A stretch of 64,000 bases of DNA from Thermoproteota archaeon. Its GTDB lineage: Archaea > Korarchaeota > Korarchaeia > Korarchaeales > Korarchaeaceae. Below are positions 18,496 through 27,844 of this stretch, piece after piece (within the stretch, counting starts at the first letter, position 1; every line of letters starts with the position of its first letter). The position numbers and the translations under genes are program-made. Location: the NCBI GenBank assembly GCA_027491485.1, contig JAOZGR010000002.1, positions 75,661 to 139,660 of the forward strand, written 5' to 3'. Under the pieces are notes generated by a model. The model did no database searches. It saw only the letters and a list, made by a program, of their open reading frames with translations, and was not told where the DNA came from.

Positions 18496-21400
18496 ATGGC
18501 CTTGATATGGGAACCAGTCTCTGACGAAGAAGCAATCCCATACAGCCTAAGGCGTATTAAGTTCGGATTAATATCACCTACAGATGCAAGAAAGATAGGC
18601 TTCATAGAGATAACAGAGCCTACGGCCTACGATGAGGGGGGTCTACCGGTACAGGGAGGGGTCCTCGATCCAAGGCTTGGTACGATAAATCCAAGGAAGA
18701 GATGCCCTATCTGCGGTAACTACCCAAAGAACTGTCCAGGGCACTTTGGGCGAATTGAGTTAGCTATGCCAGTAGTTCATATCGGCTATGTGAAGCGGAT
18801 AAAGGATGTACTTAATACTGTATGCCATAAATGCGGAAAGGTCCTTCTTCCTGAGGATGAGAGATCTAAATACATAAAGCTTGCAAGGGAGAAGCTGGAG
18901 AAGGACCCCTACAGGAAGGTAGACGATGCGCTAGTTAAGGTTGTAAGGGAAGAAGTTAAGAAGCTAGTGAAGAAGCAGAAGAAGTGCCCGCACTGTGGTG
19001 CTCCAATTCAAAGGGTAGAGCTTGAGGAGGTTTACAAGTTTATAGTGAAAGAGCCTGAGCCAAGAAGACTTTGGCCTACTGAGATAAGGGATATACTGGA
19101 GAGAATAAGTGATGATGATTCCCTACTTGTCGGATTTAATCCTGAGAGGGCCAGACCTGAATGGACTGTTTTAACAGTTCTATTAGTTCCCCCTCTCCCG
19201 GTAAGGCCCTCTATATATTTGGAAACTGGAGAGAGATCTGAAGATGATTTAACTCATATTTTAGTGGAGATTTTGAAAGCGAATAGAAAACTTCACAATT
19301 CGAAGAAGCTAGGAGCGCCAAGCAGTATGGTAGAAAGCGAGTGGGACCTCCTACAGTACTGGGTAAGTGTATTCTTTAACAATGCCGTAGCTAACATGCC
19401 GATAGCGACCCAAAAGGGAACTAGGAGGCCCTTGAAGTCACTATTCCAGAGGTTAGAAGGTAAGGAAGGTAGGCTTAGGAAGAACCTAATCGGGAAGAGG
19501 GTTAACTTCTCTAGTAGGACTGTTATCTCCCCTGATCCCATGATAGATATAGATGAAGTAGGTGTCCCAGTTGAGATAGCTATGGTCCTAACGGTTCCAG
19601 AGTATGTGAACGAGAACAACATCGAAAAGCTGAAGGATCTCATTATGAGAGGGCCTGACGCTCACCCAGGAGCTAATACCGTGAGAAAAGGTGGGATAAC
19701 TCCAATAAGTCTTAAGGTCATACAGAGAAAGGGTAAGGAGGCGCTTAAGGAGATAGCCGATCAACTAGAGCCAGGAGATGTTGTAGAGAGGCACCTAATG
19801 GATGGTGATTATGTAATCTTCAATAGGCAACCTTCCTTACATAAGCTCTCCATGCTAGGACATAGAGTTAAGGTGCTCCCGGGAGCTACTTTTAGGCTTC
19901 ATCCATCTGTATGCGTACCATACAATGCTGACTTCGATGGAGATGAAATGAACCTTCATGCCCCACAGATACTGGATGGAGCCATAGAGGCAAAGGAGCT
20001 CATGGGTGTAAAGAAGAACATGCTTTCACCTAGGACGGGAGGTTCCATAATAGGGGCAAGACAAGATTTCATCACAGTTCTTTACCTAATAACGAAGAAA
20101 GATTCTCTCTTTGATAAGTCTGAGGCCACCAGGATACTTGCTAGGGCAGGGATAACGGAACTCCCTGAACCAGCAATAAAGAAGCCTAAGGAGCTTTGGA
20201 CCGGAAAGCAACTCATATCTGTGCTCTTCCCGAAGGACTTAGACTTCGAATCTACTGCTAAGTCCGCAAAAGGAGTTGAGTGCGTAGATCCCTCCTGCCC
20301 TGGAGATGGATATGTCCTCATAAGATCAGGAAAACTGCTCTCGGGTGTTCTTGATGATGATGTAGTAGGTACTCTCGTTAAAGGTAAGCTAACAATAATA
20401 GATGTCTTGATAAGAGACTATGGAAATGACGTTGCCGCTGATTTCCTAAATAAGTTACTTAAGATAGCTGCCAAGGAGGTCATGCTCTATGGCATTACCA
20501 CATCTCCTAAAGAACTAATGATGCCTAAGGAGGCTTATAAGGAGATCGATAACATCTACTCCAGCTTGAAAGAAGAAGTAATGAGAATCATTGAGAGTAG
20601 ACCTATAGTTAGGAAAGCAGCGATATATAGGACGAAGGAGGAGCTACTAAGGTTAATGAGAGAGGAGCAGATGCTCGAGTTTGACATAGTACAGACCATA
20701 GATAGTTTCTGGAGTAAAGTAAGCGATATAGTCTCCAAATATCTAGATCCCAAGTCTAATGTATCTATAATGGCGAAGACTGGAGCGAGGGGATCAGTAG
20801 CGAACTTATCTCAAGTGATGGGACAGGTAGGCCAGCAGAAGATAAAGACTAGAATAGGCTTTGTATTAACTAGTGGTAGACCGAGAAAGGGTTACAGGGA
20901 TAGAGTCCTCTCATATTTCCAGAAGAACGATCTGAGCCTAGAAGCTAGAGGGTTCGTTAAGAGCAGCTATGTAGTCGGACTTAATCCAGCCGAGTTCATA
21001 TTCCATGCAATGTCAAGCAGGGAGTCACTGATAGACAAGGGTAGAAGGACTGAGGACAGTGGATACTTCTACAGAAGAGTTGCTAACTCCCTTAAGGATG
21101 TCTACGTATCTTACGATGAGACGGTCAGGGATTCATTGGGCAATATATTACAGTTCAGATTTGGAGGGGATGGTTATGATCCCACTAAATTGTTTAGAGA
21201 TGAGCCAGTTAATATAAAAAGAATTATAGAGAAACACGTAAAGACGAAAAGGAAGAGGGGTGTGTCAAGGAATAAGATAGAAGAGGCCGTTAGGAAAGCT
21301 GGATTACCTGAAAGCTTAGTGAGCAAGATTTATGAGGCCAAACCCAGGGAAAACGAGTTAAATGCAATAATAGAGGACCTAGTCAGAGGATTTGAGAAGG

Positions 21401-22461
21401 CCAAGGTTGAGGTACTTACGCCTATAGGATTGATAAGCGCCCAGAGCATAGCTGAGCCTACTACGCAGATGGTCCTCAGGACGTTCCATGCTCCTGGCTT
21501 GCTTGCACTCGATGTGACCCATGGAGTAGAGAGATTCAAAGAACTGGTGTTCTATGCGTCTACTAGCACACCAACTATGGAGATCTATCTGAAACCTGAG
21601 TGCATGGAGGATGAGCTCAAGGTGAGGAAGGTGATAAGGAGTATAAGGGAGCTGAGGATAAGGGACTTGATAGAGGAATACGCTATTGATAACTTCAACT
21701 ACTTACTCATATTGAAGCCCGATCTGAGGGCTCTAGAACTAAACCTAATAACTCTCGATAAATTTGTAAGCTATATTAGGACAGCAGTAAAGAACATGAA
21801 GGGAGAGGTTCGTGTGGAGGGCGATAAGGTTATTGTAGAACTATCTGAAGCCACTAAGAAGGACAAACCCCTACAGACCCTGAGATCGTGGTCTTATAGA
21901 ATTCTGGATAGGCTAGTTTCTGGTATAAAGGGAATAAAGAGGGCTTGGGTTGAGACCATCGAGGTAGATGGGAGAAAAGAATACGTGATCAGGACAACTG
22001 GCTCTAACCTTAAGGAGGTACTCAATCTGTCCTGCGTAGATGCGACAAGAACTATAACGAACGATTGTAGAGAGATAGAGAGTGTGTTAGGAATAGAAGC
22101 GGCAAGGAATTGCATATTCAAGGAATTAGCTAGGATACTTGAAGAGCAAGGTCTCGAGGTTGACAGGAGGTACATATCCCTCGTAGCAGACACTATGACG
22201 TATACGGGAAGGATAGAAGCTATAAGACTTCAAGCAGCTGGAGTAGCGTCTGGATTCTTTAGCCAGATGAAGACCCCCCTAAGTAAGATGGCTTTTGAAT
22301 GGACGTATCATGTAATTTTAAATACTGCCAGACATGGAGAGGATAACCCAATAGTAGGTCCTCTAGATGCTCTGATAATGGGGCAAACCCCCCCAATAGG
22401 AACTGGCAGAGTATCCATAAGGTGGGATTTAAATTCCCTATTAGGAAGGAAGGGTGAGTGA
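18496..22461 (+). CDS. rpoA: RNA polymerase subunit Rpo1 (A' and A'' in a single ORF)
   Basis: CPGHFGRIEL, NLIGKRVNFS, NRQPSLH, catalytic YNADFDGDEMN, continuing without a stop into the A'' part (AQSI.EP.TQM.LRTFH, LGIEAAR). ATG 18496 has GGGGGTG SD; the ORF track uses GTG 18475. Confidence 0.98.
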   Translation: MALIWEPVSDEEAIPYSLRRIKFGLISPTDARKIGFIEITEPTAYDEGGLPVQGGVLDPRLGTINPRKRCPICGNYPKNCPGHFGRIELAMPVVHIGYVKRIKDVLNTVCHKCGKVLLPEDERSKYIKLAREKLEKDPYRKVDDALVKVVREEVKKLVKKQKKCPHCGAPIQRVELEEVYKFIVKEPEPRRLWPTEIRDILERISDDDSLLVGFNPERARPEWTVLTVLLVPPLPVRPSIYLETGERSEDDLTHILVEILKANRKLHNSKKLGAPSSMVESEWDLLQYWVSVFFNNAVANMPIATQKGTRRPLKSLFQRLEGKEGRLRKNLIGKRVNFSSRTVISPDPMIDIDEVGVPVEIAMVLTVPEYVNENNIEKLKDLIMRGPDAHPGANTVRKGGITPISLKVIQRKGKEALKEIADQLEPGDVVERHLMDGDYVIFNRQPSLHKLSMLGHRVKVLPGATFRLHPSVCVPYNADFDGDEMNLHAPQILDGAIEAKELMGVKKNMLSPRTGGSIIGARQDFITVLYLITKKDSLFDKSEATRILARAGITELPEPAIKKPKELWTGKQLISVLFPKDLDFESTAKSAKGVECVDPSCPGDGYVLIRSGKLLSGVLDDDVVGTLVKGKLTIIDVLIRDYGNDVAADFLNKLLKIAAKEVMLYGITTSPKELMMPKEAYKEIDNIYSSLKEEVMRIIESRPIVRKAAIYRTKEELLRLMREEQMLEFDIVQTIDSFWSKVSDIVSKYLDPKSNVSIMAKTGARGSVANLSQVMGQVGQQKIKTRIGFVLTSGRPRKGYRDRVLSYFQKNDLSLEARGFVKSSYVVGLNPAEFIFHAMSSRESLIDKGRRTEDSGYFYRRVANSLKDVYVSYDETVRDSLGNILQFRFGGDGYDPTKLFRDEPVNIKRIIEKHVKTKRKRGVSRNKIEEAVRKAGLPESLVSKIYEAKPRENELNAIIEDLVRGFEKAKVEVLTPIGLISAQSIAEPTTQMVLRTFHAPGLLALDVTHGVERFKELVFYASTSTPTMEIYLKPECMEDELKVRKVIRSIRELRIRDLIEEYAIDNFNYLLILKPDLRALELNLITLDKFVSYIRTAVKNMKGEVRVEGDKVIVELSEATKKDKPLQTLRSWSYRILDRLVSGIKGIKRAWVETIEVDGRKEYVIRTTGSNLKEVLNLSCVDATRTITNDCREIESVLGIEAARNCIFKELARILEEQGLEVDRRYISLVADTMTYTGRIEAIRLQAAGVASGFFSQMKTPLSKMAFEWTYHVILNTARHGEDNPIVGPLDALIMGQTPPIGTGRVSIRWDLNSLLGRKGE

Positions 22462-22463
22462 CC

Positions 22464-22775
22464 ATGAGTAGCGAGATAGATTCCGAGCTATATTTAGCCC
22501 TCAAGTCAGGCAATGTGATATTAGGAGCAGAGCGTGTGATAAAACAATTAAAGAGCGGGAGCAACCCGAAGTTAATAGTGATGTCTAACAACGTGCCACC
22601 AGATATGAAAATCCAAGTTGAGTATCTGGCAAGGTTAGCTAATGTCCCGATCTTCTACTATCCAGGGAAATCCATAGATCTTGGAAGGGCTTTCAAGAAG
22701 CCTTTCTTCGTTTCTGTTGCGGCTATAATGGAAGAGGGAGAATCGAGGATCTTAGAGGTGGCCGAAACCCTATGA
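22464..22775 (+). CDS. rpl30e: 50S ribosomal protein L30e (eL30)
   Basis: ALKSGNVILG...DLG.A..KPF.VS..AI.E.GES.I; canonical position after rpo1. Confidence 0.95.
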   Translation: MSSEIDSELYLALKSGNVILGAERVIKQLKSGSNPKLIVMSNNVPPDMKIQVEYLARLANVPIFYYPGKSIDLGRAFKKPFFVSVAAIMEEGESRILEVAETL

Positions 22776-22787
22776 TTCCCGGGAGGG

Positions 22788-23264
22788 TTGGCAATTTCCC
22801 CTAGAAAGGTAATCATAACCCCTGAACAATTCCGTTACATAAGGCTCTTCCATGACATGCTGGGAGTTAAACCAAAGGATGTCGTAGAGGACAACGAGGA
22901 AAATAGGCTAATATTCGTGGTGGAGAAGGGAGATCTTGGTAGAGCAGTGGGTAGAGGTGGAAGAAAGCTTAAGACAATGAAGAGGCTACTAAGGGGAGAT
23001 TTAGATAAGAATATAGAGGTCGTTGAGTTTGATGATACTCCAGAAGGGTTTATACAGAACCTCCTCAGCCCAGCAAGAGTCCCAGTAATAAGGATAACTA
23101 GGCAAAACAATGAGACCATCGCTATAGCGTATGTCATCGAGCAGGATAAAAGTGTAGCCATAGGTAAGAATGGTAGGCGGATAAAGAGGGCAAGACTTCT
23201 CGCTAAGAGGTGGTACGACATAGACAACATTAAAATAGCCACATGGACTAACTCTATCTCGTAG
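22788..23264 (+). CDS. nusA: Archaeal NusA (two KH domains)
   Basis: [23 protein letters not shown] motifs. Confidence 0.95.
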   Translation: MAISPRKVIITPEQFRYIRLFHDMLGVKPKDVVEDNEENRLIFVVEKGDLGRAVGRGGRKLKTMKRLLRGDLDKNIEVVEFDDTPEGFIQNLLSPARVPVIRITRQNNETIAIAYVIEQDKSVAIGKNGRRIKRARLLAKRWYDIDNIKIATWTNSIS

Positions 23265-23272
23265 GTGGTAAC

Positions 23273-23713
23273 ATGGGAAAGAAATCCCCACTAGGTCTAT
23301 ACGCTGCTAGAGGTCTACATGAGAAATATAAAGAGAAGAGACTCCACAGCTGGAAAGTCAGGAGGAGGATTTACAGGCTCAAGGAGAGATTCGATCCCCT
23401 AGAGGGAGCTCCCATGGCGAGAGGTATAGTACTTGAAAAGGTCGGATTAGAAGCTAGGCAGCCCCACTCTGGACTAAGAAAGGCAGTTAAGGTGCAGCTA
23501 GCTAAGAATGGAGTTATAGTTACTGCATTTGCTCCAGGCGATGGGGCTCTCAATGTGATAAATGAGCATGATGAGGTGGTAATCGAGGGAATAGGGGGAT
23601 CAAGGGGTAGGTCAATGGGAGATATACCGGGAGTTAGGTATAAGGTAATTAAAGTTAATGGAGTTTCCTTGCAGGCCATATTGCAAGGAAAGAGAGAGAA
23701 ACCCAGTAGGTGA
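23273..23713 (+). CDS. rps12: 30S ribosomal protein S12 (uS12)
   Basis: [34 protein letters not shown]. Confidence 0.98.
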   Translation: MGKKSPLGLYAARGLHEKYKEKRLHSWKVRRRIYRLKERFDPLEGAPMARGIVLEKVGLEARQPHSGLRKAVKVQLAKNGVIVTAFAPGDGALNVINEHDEVVIEGIGGSRGRSMGDIPGVRYKVIKVNGVSLQAILQGKREKPSR

Positions 23714-23717
23714 TCTT

Positions 23718-24344
23718 ATGAGTAATGCCGAAGGGAAGGGAGGAGAAATAAAGCTATTCGGTAAGTGGAGCTATGATGGTGTTGAGGTAAAGAACGTAGC
23801 TCTTAAGGGGGTTATATCCCTTAAGCCCGTCTACCTACCACATACGGGAGGTAGACATGAACATAAGAGATTTGGAAAACTCGAGATCCCGATAGTAGAG
23901 AGGCTAGTTAATAAATTAATGGGACAGGCGATTAATGCGGGTAGTAAGAAGGACCATGTTAACAGCAAGAATGCTGGCAAGAAGCTTAAGGCCCTAAGGA
24001 CGGTCAAGTATGCCTTTGAGATAATAGAGCTTAGAACTGGAAGAAACCCGATTCAGGTATTCATAGATGCAATAGAGAACTCCATAATAAGGGAAGAGGT
24101 AACTAGGATAATGTATGGAGGAGTAAGCTACTTCCATGCGGTGGACACATCGCCCAGCAGGATGGTAGATCTAGCGATCAGGCATATAGCTCAGGGAGCA
24201 GCTATGAAGGCGTTCAGAAGCCCAAGAAGCTTAGCAGAGGCTCTTGCAGACGAGATTATAGCAGCAGCCCAATACGATAGGAATAAGAGCTTTGCAATAA
24301 GAAGAAAGGAGGAGATAGAGAGGATAGCCTTGAGCAGTAGGTAA
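23718..24344 (+). CDS. rps7: 30S ribosomal protein S7 (uS7)
   Basis: [25 protein letters not shown]...REE, ERIA.SSR; ATG 23718 with GGTGA SD (ORF track 23658). Confidence 0.97.
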   Translation: MSNAEGKGGEIKLFGKWSYDGVEVKNVALKGVISLKPVYLPHTGGRHEHKRFGKLEIPIVERLVNKLMGQAINAGSKKDHVNSKNAGKKLKALRTVKYAFEIIELRTGRNPIQVFIDAIENSIIREEVTRIMYGGVSYFHAVDTSPSRMVDLAIRHIAQGAAMKAFRSPRSLAEALADEIIAAAQYDRNKSFAIRRKEEIERIALSSR

Positions 24345-24395
24345 TCATCACTAGTAGCTTTTATATTATGGGGAGGAGAGGATAGGTGATGGATC

Positions 24396-24626
24396 ATGAG
24401 TAGGGAACTGCCTATATCTCACCTAAAGAAGGCTCACGGTGCCGAGATAACTGTTCGTCTTAAGAATGGAAATGAGATAAAGGGAAAACTCCTTGTATAC
24501 GATGATATGATGAACTTGGTACTAGATTCGGCTAAAGAGCTAGACCCTGAGACTAAAGAGGTTAGGAGGAACATGGGGACCCTCTTCATAAGGGGAAATA
24601 ACGTACTTTTCATAACGTTAGAGTGA
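24396..24626 (+). CDS. Sm-like (Lsm/SmAP) RNA-binding protein
   Basis: V.LKNG.E..GKL..YD..MNLVL...G..FIRGNNV.FI Sm1/Sm2 motifs. Confidence 0.95.
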   Translation: MSRELPISHLKKAHGAEITVRLKNGNEIKGKLLVYDDMMNLVLDSAKELDPETKEVRRNMGTLFIRGNNVLFITLE

Positions 24627-24630
24627 CATT

Positions 24631-26451
24631 TTACTCTACTGTGACACTCTTAGCTAGGTTCCTAGGTTTATCTGGGTTCCTATTCAGTGATACAGCCGTA
24701 TAGTATGCTATTAATTGAAGCGGGACCGCATAGATGAGGGGTGATAGCAGCTCCTCCACAGTACTATCCGTTGTTATCGCAAAGTCGGTTGGGACATCCA
24801 CATTGTCGGGCTGGATTGTTATCGTTAAAGCTCCCCTGGATTTTACCTCCATTATGTTATAGATTATCTTCCTCCTGAGATCCTCGTCATATGGAACGAG
24901 CACTATGGCAGGAACACCCTCTTCTATTAGAGCAAGAGGACCATGTTTGTACTCTCCTGCTGGGTATCCCTCAGCATGTATGTAGCTTATCTCTTTCAGT
25001 TTAAGAGCACCTTCTAGAGCTGTTGGAAAGTTGATGCCTCTACCTAGGAAAAATGCGTTCTTTTCTTGCTTAATGCGCCCACTGATATCCTTAGAGTGTC
25101 TTTTGAACTTATCAAGTTGATCGTTAAGTACCTTAGATACACTAAGAAGGGATCTTTCAGTGTTTTCCCTGATCTTACCTTCATTGAGATCCTTCATCAT
25201 GGAAGATACTAAGTATAGGACAGCAACTTGAGCTGTAAACGTTTTAGTAGCTGCTACGCCCACCTCTGGACCAGCTTGTATATAGGCAACTTCATCCGAT
25301 AGCCTAGTTAATGTACTCCCCGGTACATTGACTAGTGATAATACCCTCGTGCCCCGTGACCTTGCGATCCTAACTGCCTCTAGTACATCTGCTGTTTCTC
25401 CTGATTGACTTATAGCAAGTACAATATCCCCCTCCTTGAGATGATGAGACCACTCTTGGAATTCAGAGGCAACTATGACCTCAGACCTAACTGAGAGCAT
25501 TTTAGAGAACAGGTACTTCCCTATGAGACCTGCATGATACGAGGTACCAGCTGCCACTATAGATAGGCTCCCATCCCTTAGATACCTAAAGAGAGCTTCG
25601 GCGAACTTACGGTAGTAGTTCAAGTTTTCTGCGATCTTTCTTATGATATTAGGCTGTTCATGTATTTCCTTAAGCATGAAGTGCTCGTAGTCTCCTCTGC
25701 TGAGTAGTTCTGGGGACCATTCTATTAGCTCAATACCCCTCTCAACACCAAGAGCCTCCCCAGTTGATGTAAGATGCCACACCTTAACAGTATCAGGCGT
25801 TACTAGGGCTACGTCACCATCTTCAAGGAATATAAATCTATTAGTCTTATGTAGGAGAGCTGCTACATCGGAAGCACAATAATTCTCGCCATTGCCCAGA
25901 CCAACAACTAGGGGGCTTTTATTCCTAGCAACTAAGAGTACATTATACCCTTGAACTATGGCAGCTACTGCATAGCTTCCCTTAAGAGATGTGATCGCTT
26001 TCACGAATGCTTCTATGATATCTCTATGCAGCATTATGTTTTCTTCTATCAGATGAGCTATTACCTCGCTATCAGTATCGGATGAGAACCTATGTCCCTT
26101 AGCCATTAGATGATCCCTTAATTTCTCAAAATCATCGAGAGTCCCATTATGAACTACTGCTACCCTTCTATCGCAGGATAATAATGGGTGAGCGTTTTGT
26201 TCACTTACCTCGCCATGAGTTGCCCATCTAGTGTGTCCTATACCAGTGCTACCGTCTTTAATCTTATCTAAGGCTCTTGAAATCACTTCACTTATGGTTC
26301 CAACACCTTTTATCACTTCTATTCCCTTATCGGTAAGTATGGCAATTCCTGCTGAATCATACCCCCTATACTCCAGTTTTGTAAGAGATGAAATTAGATC
26401 CTTTAATACGCCTGCCCCTTTCTTGCCCGTAATTCCAACAATACCGCACAA
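24631..26451 (-). CDS. glmS: Glutamine-fructose-6-phosphate aminotransferase
   Basis: CGIVG, LEYRGYDSAG, GHTRWATHG, SQSGET.D, ALKLKE.SY.HAEG, PRNLAKSVTVE. The start is most likely TTG at 26451, giving the required N-terminal Cys; the upstream AGGTG would be the SD. Confidence 0.98.
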   Translation of the reverse strand: MCGIVGITGKKGAGVLKDLISSLTKLEYRGYDSAGIAILTDKGIEVIKGVGTISEVISRALDKIKDGSTGIGHTRWATHGEVSEQNAHPLLSCDRRVAVVHNGTLDDFEKLRDHLMAKGHRFSSDTDSEVIAHLIEENIMLHRDIIEAFVKAITSLKGSYAVAAIVQGYNVLLVARNKSPLVVGLGNGENYCASDVAALLHKTNRFIFLEDGDVALVTPDTVKVWHLTSTGEALGVERGIELIEWSPELLSRGDYEHFMLKEIHEQPNIIRKIAENLNYYRKFAEALFRYLRDGSLSIVAAGTSYHAGLIGKYLFSKMLSVRSEVIVASEFQEWSHHLKEGDIVLAISQSGETADVLEAVRIARSRGTRVLSLVNVPGSTLTRLSDEVAYIQAGPEVGVAATKTFTAQVAVLYLVSSMMKDLNEGKIRENTERSLLSVSKVLNDQLDKFKRHSKDISGRIKQEKNAFFLGRGINFPTALEGALKLKEISYIHAEGYPAGEYKHGPLALIEEGVPAIVLVPYDEDLRRKIIYNIMEVKSRGALTITIQPDNVDVPTDFAITTDSTVEELLSPLIYAVPLQLIAYYTAVSLNRNPDKPRNLAKSVTVE

Positions 26452-26464
26452 CTCTGACACCTAT

Positions 26465-27790
26465 TTACTCTGCTTTTCTCAGTAGAGATTTCCATTTTCT
26501 CAAAATAACGGTTACACCTGAAATCATTGCAATGAACATTAATGATACCGTTATGGCCGATAGGAGCTTGGCTTCCTCTAAGGTCTTTTCTCTGATGGAT
26601 TTTATGTAGTACTCAATAGAATCTAGTTCAGATGTCACATTTAGATATATCTGGGTAATATCTTCCTTAGTTGAGCTGTTTATTGCCTCAGATACTCTCT
26701 CTAGCCTCCTTTCTATGTTCCTTAAATCGGTCTGATTGACTATATTCTTCACTCCGTCGAGTTCCTCGACTACTTTAGAGTACCTCCTCCTCATGACCTC
26801 TTTATAAGACCCTATTATGGAGCCAATAACTTCATCCATCATCTCTTTAGATTGATTTAGCATCTCGATACCTCTGATTACATCTGAGTATGACAGTTCG
26901 GATTTATTTAGGAGCTTAGAAACTTCCCTTATTTTGGAATCAATTAAAGCCATTTTTAGTAAGGTGTCTTCTCTCAGAGCTACTGAGTTGTTAACAGCGC
27001 TCTCATATATGTCCTGGAGTTCAGCCCTAATACCTCTCACCTCGTTAAGCGTTTTAATAATCTCGTCCTTTCCATACCCACTTACTACCTTGATAGGTCT
27101 CTTAACAATTACATTGAACTTCCTGTCAATACAACCTACCTCATAGCATAGACTAACCGTGAGGGAGTGGTTTCCCTCCTTATTCATGGGTATGCTGAGG
27201 GAAAAGCTGCCAACAGTACCATTAAGTTCTCTTTCTACCTGAAGGTGATCGTCTATATACAGCGAGAGGGAGGGATTAAAGCCCTTCGGGATTCCTTCAA
27301 CCTTATAACTCCCATCAATTTCCAAGATCTCCCCGATATAAGTCTCTTCCTTACTTGGAAGAACAAACAACGTTGCATTGATTTTTGGCTTTATAACCAT
27401 TATAAACGATCTATTACCTTCTATTGTATTAAGGCCTAGTTTCCCTTTCTTATAGTATTTTATAGATGGTATTAGGGGGGCTGGCCCCTCTAGAGCGTTC
27501 CTATCTATCTTTATGGTCATAGTTACAACTAATTTGGAGTTTTCCTTCATCTCCTTCCATCCCACCTTCTCAGCGAATACCCCCCAAGGCGATGTTATCT
27601 TCACATAATCGACGAGTATGAGGCCGTCATAGTTCCTAATCGTTATATTGACCTTACATTTGAAACCGGCTATACAAGGATCTTCTGCCTCGACTTCTAG
27701 AGAAATATAGTTATCTTTGGCTGAGGCTGGTGATAGCTGAGCTATTACTAGAACTATTAAGACAAGCACTGCAATTCTATTCAAGTTCAT
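26465..27790 (-). CDS. Hypothetical secreted, C-terminally membrane-anchored protein (beta-rich domains plus helical stalk)
   Basis: Signal peptide, many NxS/T sequons, C-terminal hydrophobic helix followed by RKWK. Confidence 0.75.
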   Translation of the reverse strand: MNLNRIAVLVLIVLVIAQLSPASAKDNYISLEVEAEDPCIAGFKCKVNITIRNYDGLILVDYVKITSPWGVFAEKVGWKEMKENSKLVVTMTIKIDRNALEGPAPLIPSIKYYKKGKLGLNTIEGNRSFIMVIKPKINATLFVLPSKEETYIGEILEIDGSYKVEGIPKGFNPSLSLYIDDHLQVERELNGTVGSFSLSIPMNKEGNHSLTVSLCYEVGCIDRKFNVIVKRPIKVVSGYGKDEIIKTLNEVRGIRAELQDIYESAVNNSVALREDTLLKMALIDSKIREVSKLLNKSELSYSDVIRGIEMLNQSKEMMDEVIGSIIGSYKEVMRRRYSKVVEELDGVKNIVNQTDLRNIERRLERVSEAINSSTKEDITQIYLNVTSELDSIEYYIKSIREKTLEEAKLLSAITVSLMFIAMISGVTVILRKWKSLLRKAE

Positions 27791-27844
27791 CGGGATAAGG
27801 GGGAGCTAAGCTTTATTAAACTAGTTGAGGTAACGTCTTATCGA

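Noticed and set aside
18475-22461. Unsplit Rpo1 as a novelty
   Set aside because: Already known for Korarchaeota and Thaumarchaeota; used only as a taxonomic clue.
10074-22461. Inteins in DP2 or RNAP subunits
   Set aside because: Lengths are normal and no intein termini or LAGLIDADG motifs are visible.
26452-26460. GlmS apparently starting MSELCG, which would block the catalytic N-terminal Cys
   Set aside because: An in-frame TTG directly before the Cys codon, with an SD upstream, gives the normal MCG start.
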